A DNA stretch of 63,369 nt, filler included, from Octopus bimaculoides (Eukaryota), in the NCBI RefSeq assembly GCF_001194135.2. It is 4 parts of 4 records of this genome, joined end to end, with 100 filler letters (N's around TTAATTAATTAA, not from the genome) between each part and the next. Parts side by side here need not be neighbours in the genome. Positions count along the whole stretch, not along the records: positions 29,720 to 60,238 come from NC_068985.1; positions 60,339 to 63,369 come from NC_069006.1; 2 more parts are not named here. One strand, written 5' to 3'. Position numbers and translations under genes: made by a program. Positions 52,032-63,369 of this stretch are shown here, in pieces (position 1 is the first letter of the stretch; every line of letters starts with the position of its first letter). A model generated the notes under the pieces. The model did no database searches and was not told where the DNA came from. It was given only the letters and a program-made list of their open reading frames with translations.

Positions 52032-53130
52032 CTAGATCTCTACCTACTTAGCCTTGGTAATTCTGAACAGTTTCACATCAGCACTTCAGAATACTTAATA
52101 GTTTTGGTTTTGCTATCAGGAACATAAATGAAGATATTAAGAGGGATTCCAGCTCATGAGCATTCTTTGTAAAATTTTTCATTTACAAAGCAGTATTCGT
52201 CCTGTGGCTGTCCAGCAATTTTCAATGCTTACTTTTGGGATTTACTGCTTGATATGGCAAAGTTAAGATGGTCTATAACGAGAAGTCTAAATCGGAAAGA
52301 CATGTATGTTGTAATGGGTGGAATTCTGGGTGTATGTGCATTCTTTCATTTGATGCACCCAATGAGAATAACTGTATCTTTGACATATAAACTTATTAAC
52401 CATTAGTCTTATATCATCACATAAATACTGTTGACTCAAATTATACTGCATCATTGGCGATCCTTTCTAGTTGAAAACTTTATAACAGTAGACCACATGG
52501 TTCCAGTGTATTTTAAACTACTCCACATGACCACAGGCTGAAACATGTAAAAGAATAAAAGAATAAGTTAACTATTTTATCTGATGCAGTATAGAGTCAT
52601 TTGATTTGATGCTGTTGATTAAAACATTCTTTCGCACACTCAACTGTTTGATACTTAATGATGTTTTAGGGTGAGAAACTTTTTCAATATCAATTTGACT
52701 GCTGGCTACACCCCTGCGCTTTGAATCCATGACGCCATTACTAAAGGAGAGAAAACTTCCGTCACCTACTTGTAACAAACTGTTGACAAGTTAACCAGAC
52801 GCCACAACTCCAAAATAATTCAATCTCATGTTTGTACACAGTTTGAAGATTTTGAATGTGGCTCAAAGTGGTGATGATTTAAGTCGGTTACGAATTTCAT
52901 CAACTGTTGTTCCTTCTCTGATTCCTGATTTCATACCAATGTTTCAAATAGATGCATCAGTTGTGCTCAATTCCAAGGGGTGTTTTCAAAGTAGGATGTG
53001 ATGTACAGCACATTCTGTTTTGTGTGGTGGCAATATTTGAAGTAACAACCGCAATTGTTATGCTTTAAAGATTGACGAATTTGGCGAGCACAAGTTTAAT
53101 GAGAAATGTTTTCCGGGTGTTGCCATAAAC
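52032..53130 (-). mobile_element. Helitron remnant: decayed PIF1-like helicase domain and possible 3' CTAG end
   Basis: Minus, in order: GNTRKTFLIKLVLAK..IAVVTSNIATT..SHPTLKTPL (Walker A GGTGKT region); EGTTVDEIRNRLKSSPL*..KLCTNMRL..LLQVGDG; LCDDIRLMVNK; PRIPPITTYMSFRF..NFAISSSKSQK*ALKIAG..CF..KFYKECS*AGIPLNIFIYVPDSKTKTIKYSEVL (stop 52073-52075); CTAG|T at 52035-52031. Confidence 0.88.
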
Positions 53131-53235
53131 ATTAAAAAAATTCAAAATTGTTGCTTCTTATTGACGAACCCTGTCAAAAATAGAGGAAAAAAATTGCCTG
53201 TATTATGTGTGTGGTGGGGGGGGGGCTGCTTTGTG

Positions 53236-53620
53236 TTTGCTTACCATCGCTTGACAACTGGTGCTTGTTTGCGGTTTTACGGTTCAACAAAAGGGATTGA
53301 TAGAATAATTATCACACTTAGAATATGCATTAAGGACTTATTGCTTGTAAGCGTAGTACTTATTCTATTGGACTTTTTTTGCCGAACCGCTAGGTTACGG
53401 GGACATAAACACACCAAAATCGCCTGTCAAGCGATGGTAGGGAAACAAAGACACTCAAATACATACATACATACAGCTTCTGTCTACCAAATCAACTCAC
53501 AAGCCTTTGGTTGGCCCGAGGCTATAGTAGAAGACACTTGGCCAGGGTGTCACGCAGTGGAACTGAACCCGGAACCATGTGGCTGGGAAGCAAGCTTCTT
53601 ACCACACAGCCAAGCCTGCG
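53236..53620. mobile_element. Inverted pair of SINE D fragments (about 53236-53320 plus, 53345-53455 minus), followed by SINE B (about 53465-53620 minus)
   Basis: TACCATCGCTTGACA (53242-53256) is the exact reverse complement of TGTCAAGCGATGGTA (53425-53439); SINE B ctatagtagaagacacttggcc...agcttcttaccacacagcc. Confidence 0.85.
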
Positions 53621-54382
53621 CTTGAAATCCTTTCGCAGTTTTGTCATGACCACTTTAAACGTACTTTTTTCAATTCTTATGTTTCAATAAACATTAATCT
53701 TTACATTCTAATGGGATATGTTTTTACCTTCTTTACCGATTACTATATACCGCAGTGATCCAGTTCGTGTCGATTTTACCGTTTTAGAAAGAGTTTCTTC
53801 CATCTTAAAATGCGACAGGACTTTCTTTCCAGCCTAATGAGCGTGTGCTTTTATGTGTATAAGCATGTGTGTCTATAAATGCGTGTGTACAGATTTAGGA
53901 CGATTCAAAAAAAAAAGATTATTGTGTGAATGTGTATGTGCGAGAGAGAGAGAGAGAGAGAAACACCCACACGGCGTGACTGTTAAGGAGTGTATAAGAT
54001 CGTTGATGGGTAATAAAGCAATAAGAACATTCACATAAAGTTTGACCCGTTAACAGGTGGTACATCGAGTACTCTTTAAAAGAAAATCTTAATAATCAAC
54101 AGAAAAGATCTTCAATAACAAAACACAATGATAATATTAACTTTATGTACTGAAACCACGTAAACGAGACGTAATGTAGTGAATGCACGAGAATAAATAA
54201 AACTGCAAGTCGAAATCAAGAATCCGCGGATAGATATGAATCCATGTAAATCTTTTCAAGAAAAACCTAAGTTACGTTGGAATTTATGCTTCAATAATAT
54301 TTAAGTGTAAAGTTATTTAGTTCGAAACTTGCAGCTTGTTTTTCATTTATTTACATACTTTATTTTTTATTCATATTTCTAT

Positions 54383-54417
<35 letters not shown>

Positions 54418-54577
54418 CTGCTGCAGTTTATTTTACATGGCTTCATGATTCAGTAATTCAGATTTTTAATCCTATTTACCCTTCTTTTTTCTATAATTTT
54501 TTTCTTCTTTTTTTTTGTATGTGTGATTAAACGAATTAAATGTAATTTCCTGTAAGTTTCATGTTATTGATAAATGC

Positions 54578-54636
<59 letters not shown>

Positions 54637-54698
54637 TATATGTGTGTGCGCACGCGTGTGTATTAGTGTATGCATATATATATATATGTATATACATT

Positions 54699-54732
<34 letters not shown>

Positions 54733-54734
<2 letters not shown>

Positions 54735-55590
54735 TGCGGTGAATAAACTGTCGTTTAAATTACGCAAGAATGAAAATAACACTCACATCTCATTTTGTCA
54801 GACAAAGTTACCAAACTTACATAAAAATATCTTGAAATAGTAAAGAGTACATTTATTCAATAGCATCGCCATTGCTTTCAACCACAGCCTCAAGACGACT
54901 TCGGAATCTCCTGCAACTCTTCTGGACCGTCTCCTTGTTTAAGTTGGTGAATACTGCCATGATCTTTGCCTTCAGTTCATCTTTGGTGTTACAAAGAGTT
55001 TTGTTGGTCTCTTGCTTAACTGCGCCTCATACATAATAACCAAGTGGGTTGCAGTCTGGAAAGTTACGTGGCCAGATGTTAGGAGTGGTGTGGTTGCAGA
55101 AATTGTCTGACAACCATGACTGGGTCCTCCTGCTTGTGTGGCATGGTGCAGAGCCCTGTTGCCACACATAGGGTCTTCCTCTTGATCCAGGGCAGCACTA
55201 CCTCCTCCAGACACTTGATGTAGGCCTCCGTGTTGAGTTTGAGGCCGTGTGGGGTGATGAATGGAGGCATAACGTCGCCATCACTAGTGATCACATTAAA
55301 CAACATAATTTTGACAAGTTGTTTGATTTTTATCACAATTGGTACATGCTCTCAGATCGCACTGTCCTCAGATTGACACCCAAACACTCTGAAACGCTTA
55401 TATTGGAGCTTCCGGCACGAGTGTCAAGCAGTACAGCATGTCATTTCCAAATTTCTGGCAGAGTGAATTGCGTCATAGTGCTGTTTTTTCTCATAGAGGG
55501 TGCCCAACTGATCCTATTATACTATGTAATCGACAAAATAAAAAGAATCAATGCGCATGCGTGAAATTAGAAATATAGAATGGCGACATT
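54733..55590 (-). mobile_element. Tc1/mariner-superfamily (maT/DD37D-like) internally deleted transposon
   Basis: ATG at 55476: MTQFTLPEIWK*HAVLL..GVNLRTV; deletion; TSDGDVMPPFI..TEAYIKCLEEVVLPWI..RPYVWQQGSAPCHTSRRTQSWL..IWPRNFPDCNPLGYYV*GAV..RLEAVVESNGDAIE* (stop 54853-54855). Confidence 0.88.
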
Positions 55591-55845
55591 TGCTTTGCAA
55601 ACTTTCACTAAACCTCCTCTGATATGCGACGTTTGATGGATGAGAGAGTCTGACGTTGCTGCCCTTTTCTCTGTTTCTTGTCCAGAGGTAGGTTCATCCG
55701 GAAATCTTGATTGAAGGAACTCCAGTTTTGTTTACTGAGCACCTACATCCAAGCTATGGAAGTCTCTCAAGCTTCGTGGGAGGATACTGAAGAGCTGTGG
55801 GTCATTGAAGCCCAAGCTGCTGCAGTATTTGGTCCTGTATTCTGA

Positions 55846-56568
55846 TTCAACTCTTTCTTCTTCCCTCCTGGCCCCTCTAAACCTCTCTTCACTTTCGACA
55901 TCCAGAGCCTTTACACGGTAATCCTTCACCACGAGGAGCTGCGTGCACTCCAACATTTTCTTGACCTTCGACCCAACCCCCAACCCGACACATCCACACT
56001 CGTTTGTCTGGCCGAACTTGTCCTCTCACTCAACTGCTTCTCGTCCGCTGGTGATTTTTACCAGCAAAACTTGGAAGTGGACATGGGAAATAGAACGGGC
56101 CCCAAATATACGAACCTGTCCGTTGGCTACGTTGAGGCCCAAATATTCTCAAGTTTCACTGGTGCCACTCCCGGACTATACGGTCGTTATATTGACGACT
56201 GTATCGGTGCGACCTCACTCTCCCGCGAACATCTTGACTCCTTCCACTCCTTTGTCAAATCTTTCCATCCTGCCCTCCACTTCTCCTGCACTATGTCTGA
56301 CACCTCTGTCTCCTTTCTTGACATTTCGGTCAGCATTCATCACTCCACTCTCACCACCTCCATCCACTATAAACACAGACTCACACTCACACCTCAACTT
56401 CTCCTCTTCTAACCCTAAACACACCAGGCTTTCTATCCCCTATTCCCAATTCTTCCGTCTACGCAGGTTCTGTACTGACGACCATGACTCTGAGATTCAG
56501 TCTCAACTCATGGCTCGCCACTTCATCCTATGTGGATATCCCCTCACCACTATCCACTCCCTATATAT
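55846..56568 (+). mobile_element. Penelope-like element reverse transcriptase remnant
   Basis: LFTFDIQSLYTVI..L.HFLDLRP..LAELVLSLNCF...MGNRTGPKYTNLSVGYVE..LYGRYIDDCIG..FLDISV..TSIHYK..SIPYSQFFRLRRFC; PLE-type RT motifs with frameshifts. Confidence 0.93.
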
Positions 56569-56794
56569 NNNNNNNNNNNNNNNNNNNNNNNNNNNNNNNN
56601 NNNNNNNNNNNNNNNNNNNNNNNNNNNNNNNNNNNNNNNNNNNNNNNNNNNNNNNNNNNNNNNNNNNNNNNNNNNNNNNNNNNNNNNNNNNNNNNNNNNN
56701 NNNNNNNNNNNNNNNNNNNNNNNNNNNNNNNNNNNNNNNNNNNNNNNNNNNNNNNNNNNNNNNNNNNNNNNATATATATATATATATATATATA

Positions 56795-56965
56795 GGGAGA
56801 ACTCAGAAAAAAAACAAAAGACGAAGACAGGTGGTGTAGACAGCAAACAAATGTATCAAATGTATTAGTCTTTAACGTTTCGAGCCTACGTTCTTCCACA
56901 GAAAGGAACACATAAAGAAAGAAGGAGAGAAAATAAAGAACGTGTAGTGGCTAGCGATCTATCAT
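56795..56965 (-). mobile_element. Penelope-like pseudo-LTR fragment
   Basis: Pyrimidine-rich minus strand containing GCTCGAAACGTT, adjacent (across a gap) to the PLE RT. Confidence 0.65.
56870..56905 (-). ncRNA. Minimal hammerhead-like motif, variant/degenerate core
   Basis: Minus: CUUU-CUGUGGA-A-GAAC(GUAG)GCUC-GAAA-CG-U-U-AAAG. Same architecture as 48472-48507, but with A6>U and one helix II mismatch. Confidence 0.55.
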
Positions 56966-57419
56966 GTATGTATGTATATAGGTATATATGTATATATGTA
57001 TGTATATATGTATATATGTATATATGTATGTATATATGTATAGATTTATGTATATATATATGCATGTATGTATATGTATGTGTGTATATATATATATATG
57101 CATGTGTGTATATATATATATGCATGTGTGTATATGAATATGTGTGCATGTAGTGTTATTTCTTTACTACCCACAAGGGGCTACACACAGAGGGGACAAA
57201 CAACAGAAACACGTAGTGTGCAACAGAAACACCCACTCCCATGTTACAAGGCCGTTGGTGCGGCGCTTGTGGGGTTAGATAGTAGTGGTATTTCTAGGTG
57301 GTTAATATCTTATCGTGGTTTCTCGGTTGACATCATAGTTTGAACCATTGCAGTACGTTTATCAGAAACAATGAATTTGAGTTGCTTTCTTGCCACACCT
57401 CGTATAAAAGTATATCTAT

Positions 57420-57465
<46 letters not shown>

Positions 57466-57494
57466 ACGTGGGGATACCCAAAAGTAACCGGAAA

Positions 57495-57660
57495 TGAGCT
57501 GGCAGAAACGTTAGCACGCCGGGCGAAATGCTTAACGGCATTTCGTTTGCCGTTACGTTCTGAGTTCAAATTCCGCCGAGGTCGACTTTGCCTTTTATCC
57601 TTTCGAGGTCGATAAATTAAGTACCAGTTAGGCACGGGATTGATGTAATCAACTTAATCC
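57495..57660 (+). mobile_element. Young SINE family A copy, truncated by a gap (tail type 2 start cttaatcc)
   Basis: gagctggcagaaacgttagcacgccgggcgaaatgc...gatgtaatcaacttaatcc. Confidence 0.92.
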
Positions 57661-58181
57661 NNNNNNNNNNNNNNNNNNNNNNNNNNNNNNNNNNNNNNNN
57701 NNNNNNNNNNNNNNNNNNNNNNNNNNNNNNNNNNNNNNNNNNNNNNNNNNNNNNNNNNNNNNNNNNNNNNNNNNNNNNNNNNNNNNNNNNNNNNNNNNNN
57801 NNNNNNNNNNNNNNNNNNNNNNNNNNNNNNNNNNNNNNNNNNNNNNNNNNNNNNNNNNNNNNNNNNNNNNNNNNNNNNNNNNNNNNNNNNNNNNNNNNNN
57901 NNNNNNNNNNNNNNNNNNNNNNNNNNNNNNNNNNNNNNNNNNNNNNNNNNNNNNNNNNNNNNNNNNNNNNNNNNNNNNNNNNNNNNNNNNNNNNNNNNNN
58001 NNNNNNNNNNNNNNNNNNNNNNNNNNNNNNNNNNNNNNNNNNNNNNNNNNNNNNNNNNNNNNNNNNNNNNNNNNNNNNNNNNNNNNNNNNNNNNNNNNNN
58101 NNNNNNNNNNNNNNNNNNNNNNNNNNNNNNNNNNNNNNNNNNNNNNNNNNNNNNNNNNNNNNNNNNNNNNNNNNNNNNNNN

Positions 58182-58621
58182 ATTGACGAACTTGTTGATA
58201 TGACTGGTTTCCAGGAGCTCCTGCCAATGAGCGGGGAATTGTGAATGAAAAGAGATGCAGCAAAATTTGTGCCTCATTTGCTCACAGAAGATCAAAAGCA
58301 GTCACGACTGAATGCATGTCATGAACTGAAAGAACAGTTGGAAGTTGATCAGGATCTTTTTTTAGAGGTCATCACTGGTGACAAAAGCTGGTGCTACAGA
58401 ATTTGCAGATGTGGAAGAGGTGAAAAAAAATGATGGAGGCATTAAAAGGCATCACTTTGCAAGAGTTCCAGCACTGCTTCAAACAGTGGAAAACACATCT
58501 GGACTGATATATTGCTTCAAATGGAGAATACTTTGAAGGCAATAAAAGTGTAATCATGTAAAACTGAATGAATAAAATAATATTGCAAAATTCTTGTTTC
58601 TTTTGGGTACTCCCTCGGGTA
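58182..58621 (+). mobile_element. Internally deleted mariner element
   Basis: MKRDAAKFVPHLLTEDQKQSRLNAC..VITGDKSWCY fused to FADVEEVKK.MMEALKGITLQEFQHCFKQWK..IASNGEYFEG; TIR-like end ttttgggtactccctcg. Confidence 0.88.
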
Positions 58622-59044
58622 TAAGCATTATCTACCACATAAATTTAACGGATACACCCTAAGTATTTACCAGTAGGCTGCTACGGCGTGAAGGAGAATA
58701 CTCTCTTTAAGCGCCGGATGTAAAAACACCTTAGTGACATGGACAGGCGAGAAAACTCACCTTCGATCCCATCTAGGAGTGGACATCGATGTTTCACCAT
58801 TTTTGTATATATATAAATCTTTTCTCTGTTATCATTTTTCATTTCACTTTAATCTGTATCCGCCCGCTCAAGGAGAAGCCACTTCTAGCTGCCTTCGATA
58901 AGCAGCCTCAACATCACAATTTTTAGTTGCAGTTCAAGTCAGAGTTTTAGAAGTAAACTGAACATGCATGGTACACACCTATTATATTACGTTGTAATTG
59001 TATACTCTCCCTCTCTCTCTCTCTCTCTCTCGTTTATATATATA

Positions 59045-59147
59045 AGCGCCGGGTTCAGTCCCACTGCGTGGCACCTTGGGCAAGTGTCTTCGGATTGATC
59101 AAAGCCTTGTGTGAATGTTTCTGGTCGGCAGAAAGTGAAAGATATCC

Positions 59148-59150
<3 letters not shown>
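59045..59150 (+). mobile_element. SINE family B fragment
   Basis: gggttcagtcccactgcgtggcaccttgggcaagtgtcttc...aaagccttgtgtgaatg. Confidence 0.8.
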
Positions 59151-59192
<42 letters not shown>

Positions 59193-59954
59193 ATATATAT
59201 ATAAAGGGAGAGAGAGAAAGAGAGAGAGAGATGTTTATTCTACTATTAATGGAATAAGAAAGTACTCAATGCATATCCGAGAGTATTGTAATTTAATCGA
59301 TTCGGTTTTGCCTCCATGGAGGCAAGTAATTTCTTCTATATATCCTGCTCTGCTCGTCTGCCTCTGTATCTCTCTGTGCATATATATGTGTGTGCATATA
59401 TGAGTGTGCAAGTATGTATGTATGTATATACGTATGTATGTATGTATGTATGTATGTATGTATGTATGCGTATACTGATTTAAATGTGTCTTTGAATTTC
59501 ACTTTTAATATCTTATTCAAAGAGAATTGCTGAATCTGCTATCATATGCGAAACTTAATGTTCAACTCAAATCAATCTTAGCAACAAATCTTTACCCTAT
59601 GTACAGAGCCACACCTTACATAAATGTTTTTTATCTTTTTTTTTATTACAAGTTGTTCTATGCTACTAAATGTTATTAGGTACAGTTCTACAATCTCTTG
59701 CTGAACTCTCTTCACAAATGATTTGTTCATAGTAATCAAATCCATGTGTTGTATAGTAGCTCACTCCCTCTAACGAATCGACGTTGTCAGAACAGGTGCA
59801 CGGTGTACCACACGTTAATTGTCAAAGTGCTCGCAAAGCAACGTGGGATGAAATGTTTTTTTTCTCAAGAATCCAGCGTATCACACGGTCCAGGAACTGA
59901 ATCCACGATCTCATGATCGTGAGCGTAACACCCTGACAACTAGGCCATGCGCTC

Positions 59955-59985
<31 letters not shown>

Positions 59986-60010
59986 CATACATACATACAT
60001 NNNNNNNNNN

Positions 60011-60238
60011 GCAAGTAATTTCTTCTATATATCCTGCTCTGCTCGTCTGCCTCTGTATCTCTCTGTGCATATATATGTGTGTGCATATATGAGTGTGCAA
60101 GTATGTATGTATGTATATACGTATGTATGTATGTATGTATGTATGTATGTATGTATGCGTATACTGATTTAAATGTGTCTTTGAATTTCACTTTTAATAT
60201 CTTATTCAAAGAGAATTGCTGAATCTGCTATCATATGC
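60011..60238. repeat. Near-exact duplicate of 59322-59549 between two gaps, probably an assembly artefact
   Basis: Appears identical over about 228 bp, including the microsatellite; bounded by an N10 gap and an artificial spacer. Confidence 0.85.
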
Positions 60239-60635
60239 NNNNNNNNNNNNNNNNNNNNNNNNNNNNNNNNNNNNNNNNNNNNTTAATTAATTAANNNNNN
60301 NNNNNNNNNNNNNNNNNNNNNNNNNNNNNNNNNNNNNNTAAAAGAATTTTAGGCGAACGAATTATTTCTATTCAACCATGAATTTGTACGGTTTTTGTAT
60401 CGCTGTTCGAAACGATCGTCTGCATGAATTAAAATTCTCCTACATTTTAACATCTCTTCTCCATTTTAAACAAATTTGCTGGGTTTTATGGGATCCCCTT
60501 CACAACACACCATATACAAGTATTATTTTCATATTCACAAACTTACGCCAGTAAACTACCAGCAAAATATGAAGAATCTATATTAGAAATTGTTTTTGGA
60601 ATCTTCCAAATTAAAGGACAAAATTTAATTCAACC

Positions 60636-60670
<35 letters not shown>

Positions 60671-60741
60671 TTATAGGCCTAGCGAATCATACATGTACCC
60701 CCCTTACATCATTTTCATCTGATAATCACTCCGGCGCACAG

Positions 60742-60789
60742 AAGCTATAGAGATAGAATGGGGCATGCCAACGCTAGGCCGAAACAGCT
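60742..60789 (+). CDS. Weak candidate 48-nt internal exon
   Basis: cacag| acceptor (poor pyrimidine tract) and CT|gtaagt donor; open in phase 2 (SYRDRMGHANARPKQ) and phase 1. Overlaps a hammerhead-like half motif, so it may be repeat-derived. Confidence 0.2.
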
Positions 60790-61926
60790 GTAAGTTTCTG
60801 TACATTCTCCAATTGCTAAATGTACTTTATATTTGTAACCTTAATTGTTAATATGACATGGTATGCCATAAGCATCTGTATATTGTGGTTTTGGTCATTT
60901 TAGTTATAAAATAAACAAATTAATCAACGGNNNNNNNNNNNNNNNNNNNNNNNNNNNNNNNNNNNNNNNNNNNNNNNNNNNNNNNNNNNNNNNNNNNNNN
61001 NNNNNNNNNNNNNNNNNNNNNNNNNNNNNNNNNNNNNNNNNNNNNNNNNNNNNNNNNNNNNNNNNNNNNNNNNNNNNNNNNNNNNNNNNNNNNNNNNNNN
61101 NNNNNNNNNNNNNNNNNNNNNNNNNNNNNNNNNNNNNNNNNNNNNNNNNNNNNNNNNNNNNNNNNNNNNNNNNNNNNNNNNNNNNNNNNNNNNNNNNNNN
61201 NNNNNNNNNNNNNNNNNNNNNNNNNNNNNNNNNNNNNNNNNNNNNNNNNNNNNNNNNNNNNNNNNNNNNNNNNNNNNNNNNNNNNNNNNNNNNNNNNNNN
61301 NNNNNNNNNNNNNNNNNNNNNNNNNNNNNNNNNNNNNNNNNNNNNNNNNNNNNNNNNNNNNNNNNNNNNNNNNNNNNNNNNNNNNNNNNNNNNNNNNNNN
61401 NNNNNNNNNNNNNNNNNNNNNNNNNNNNNNNNNNNNNNNNNNNNNNNNNNNNNNNNNNCAGTTTCTGCGATCTGTGAAAGCTGACACTGTGTTCTTTTGT
61501 CACCATGCTGTATATATAATAAGTTTCTACGTGGGATGCATTAATTTAATTTCACTGTTTGATTTCTGCAACGATCTTTACAAAAAAAAAATGTTATTAC
61601 TTTGCATTTATTCAAAGAAGATAACCATTTCCTTTTACGGGTTTGTATTGATAGCAACATTTTTTTTTTTTGGGGGGGGGGGTAGTATTCATTATGTGGG
61701 AGAATGAATCGTCTTCTCTGCTAACGTGTCTGTATTGGATGGTATTCATAGATGTACGTTTCTTTGTATGTGTGTTTGTTTACATATTCACGTTTGAATT
61801 TCTATAAATATATACATATATGTAGATATATGTGTGTATGTATGAGTAATGTTTGCATAAATATAAGTATAAATATATGTATGTATATTATATCTATATA
61901 TCTGTATATCTCTTTTATCAACCAAC

Positions 61927-61963
<37 letters not shown>

Positions 61964-62175
61964 TATAATATATGTGTGTGTGTGAGTGCGTGTGTTTAAA
62001 TATTTGTGTGCATATTTATGCGTGCGTGTGTGTAAATATGTGTATAAACACATATGTACATGTAAAAGCGAAAACACATATGTCTCTATATATATACACA
62101 CACACACGCATATATGTAGAGAGAGAGAGAGTGAGAGAGAGAGTGAGAGAGAGAGAGAGAGACAAACAGACAGAC

Positions 62176-62213
<38 letters not shown>

Positions 62214-62272
62214 GCAGATAGACAGAATTTTATATTGATTGCGATTATTGTTATCGGTGTTGTTTGTTCTAT

Positions 62273-62307
<35 letters not shown>

Positions 62308-63052
62308 GCTACTGTCTTTGATTTCTTTTGATTTCGTTAACATTTCCGATGCTGTAAGTGTTGTTGTTCCTATTGCATCAGCGTTTTAAATTTTACCTGG
62401 GCTTTCAGTACGCACGTGAGTTTGTCTCTATGCATATATATATATGCATATATATATATGCATATATACAAAGTGTGAGTGTGTGTGTGTGTGTGTGTGT
62501 GCAACCATCTGTATTTTCATATCAGTATTATGTATGTGTCTGTTTCTCTTTGTGTATGCGTATGTACAAATGTGTCCTGTATCATTTTCTGTATTTTTTT
62601 TTTTTTGTAAACAGGTAATCAATATTATGTACTAAAAGCAAATACACTGAAATCGCCTGTAAAATATTAGAAACAGTTCAATATCAATTATTTCACCTGT
62701 AATTTAGGTATTACAGGTGTTAGCATTTATCTATAGAATCAAGTCTTAATGGCGAACTGTGCAGAAAAATGGAGTCTATAAGTCACGAAATTACAAATAT
62801 AGCGAAAATAGAAAACATAATTGAACAAATTTTGTAAGAAATAAAATGATGATGACATATTAAAATGTTTCGTTTTGCATTTTAGTTTGCATGATCTTTG
62901 ATGTGAACTCGTACAGCTACTTAAGCATAAATATTAACCAAACAACAGACAAATTTGAAACAGGGTTTCATGTGAGAGAGGAGTGGGGTGTCAGTGATGA
63001 GTTCGGGAATGGCGGCGAAAAGATGGTTGCTTGACAAATGACAGGATGATTC

Positions 63053-63220
63053 TTTTACTACTTTAGGCACAAGGTCCGAAATTTTAGGTGAGGGTGGGTG
63101 GCAGTCGATTAGGTCGACCACTATGCATGACTGATACTTGATTTATCGACCCCGAAAGGATGAAAGGCAAAGTCGACCTCGGCGGAATTTGAACACAGAA
63201 CGTAACGGCAGACGAAAATG
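63053..63220 (-). mobile_element. SINE family A (tail type 1b)
   Basis: tttactactttaggcacaaggtccgaaatttt...atcgaccccgaaaggatgaaaggcaaagtcgacctcggcggaatttgaacacagaacgtaacggcagacgaaa. Confidence 0.9.
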
Positions 63221-63369
63221 ACAGAATGATTGCTTAAGCAAGCAAAAGAAAGCGATCGATTAATAGATTGGATGGTTGATTGGTTGGTCGGTTGAATTGA
63301 TTGCTTGGCTGCGTGGTTATTTGCTTACCCAAGGTCCCAAGCAGAGGGACAGAACCCAGAACCATGTGA

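Noticed and set aside
59322-60238. 228-bp direct duplication as a biological segmental repeat
   Set aside because: Apparently identical including microsatellite length, and bounded by gaps and an artificial spacer; most likely redundant assembly.

Overview
Eukaryotic, AT-rich, repeat-dense draft-assembly window with about 6 kb (~10%) of N gaps. The SINE, MITE and microsatellite repertoire looks like an Octopus genome; this is recognition from memory, not a database result. There is no intact long protein-coding gene, RNA gene or CRISPR array, and most long ORFs in the supplied track are artefacts of N runs and microsatellites. The interpretable content is a transposon graveyard: many tRNA-derived SINEs, R4/Dong-like LINE 3' ends sitting in (TAA)n arrays, RTE and CR1-like LINE fragments, a Penelope-like RT, several Tc1/mariner relics, a Chapaev-like transposase relic and a decayed Helitron helicase. 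The most interesting signals are: (1) minimal hammerhead-ribozyme motifs in Penelope-type repeats, with helix-I covariation between two different repeat families (48472-48507 +, 56870-56905 -) plus three degenerate or partial relatives; (2) an RTE copy with a base-exact twin-priming-type 5' inversion (11893-12410); (3) repeated (TAA)n-targeted Dong-like insertions; (4) three short, phase-compatible candidate exons (26739-26782, 35495-35545, 60742-60789) that may belong to one long-intron gene; (5) closely spaced inverted SINEs that could form dsRNA editing substrates. Three 100-bp N44-TTAATTAATTAA-N44 spacers are artificial, so contiguity across them is uncertain.
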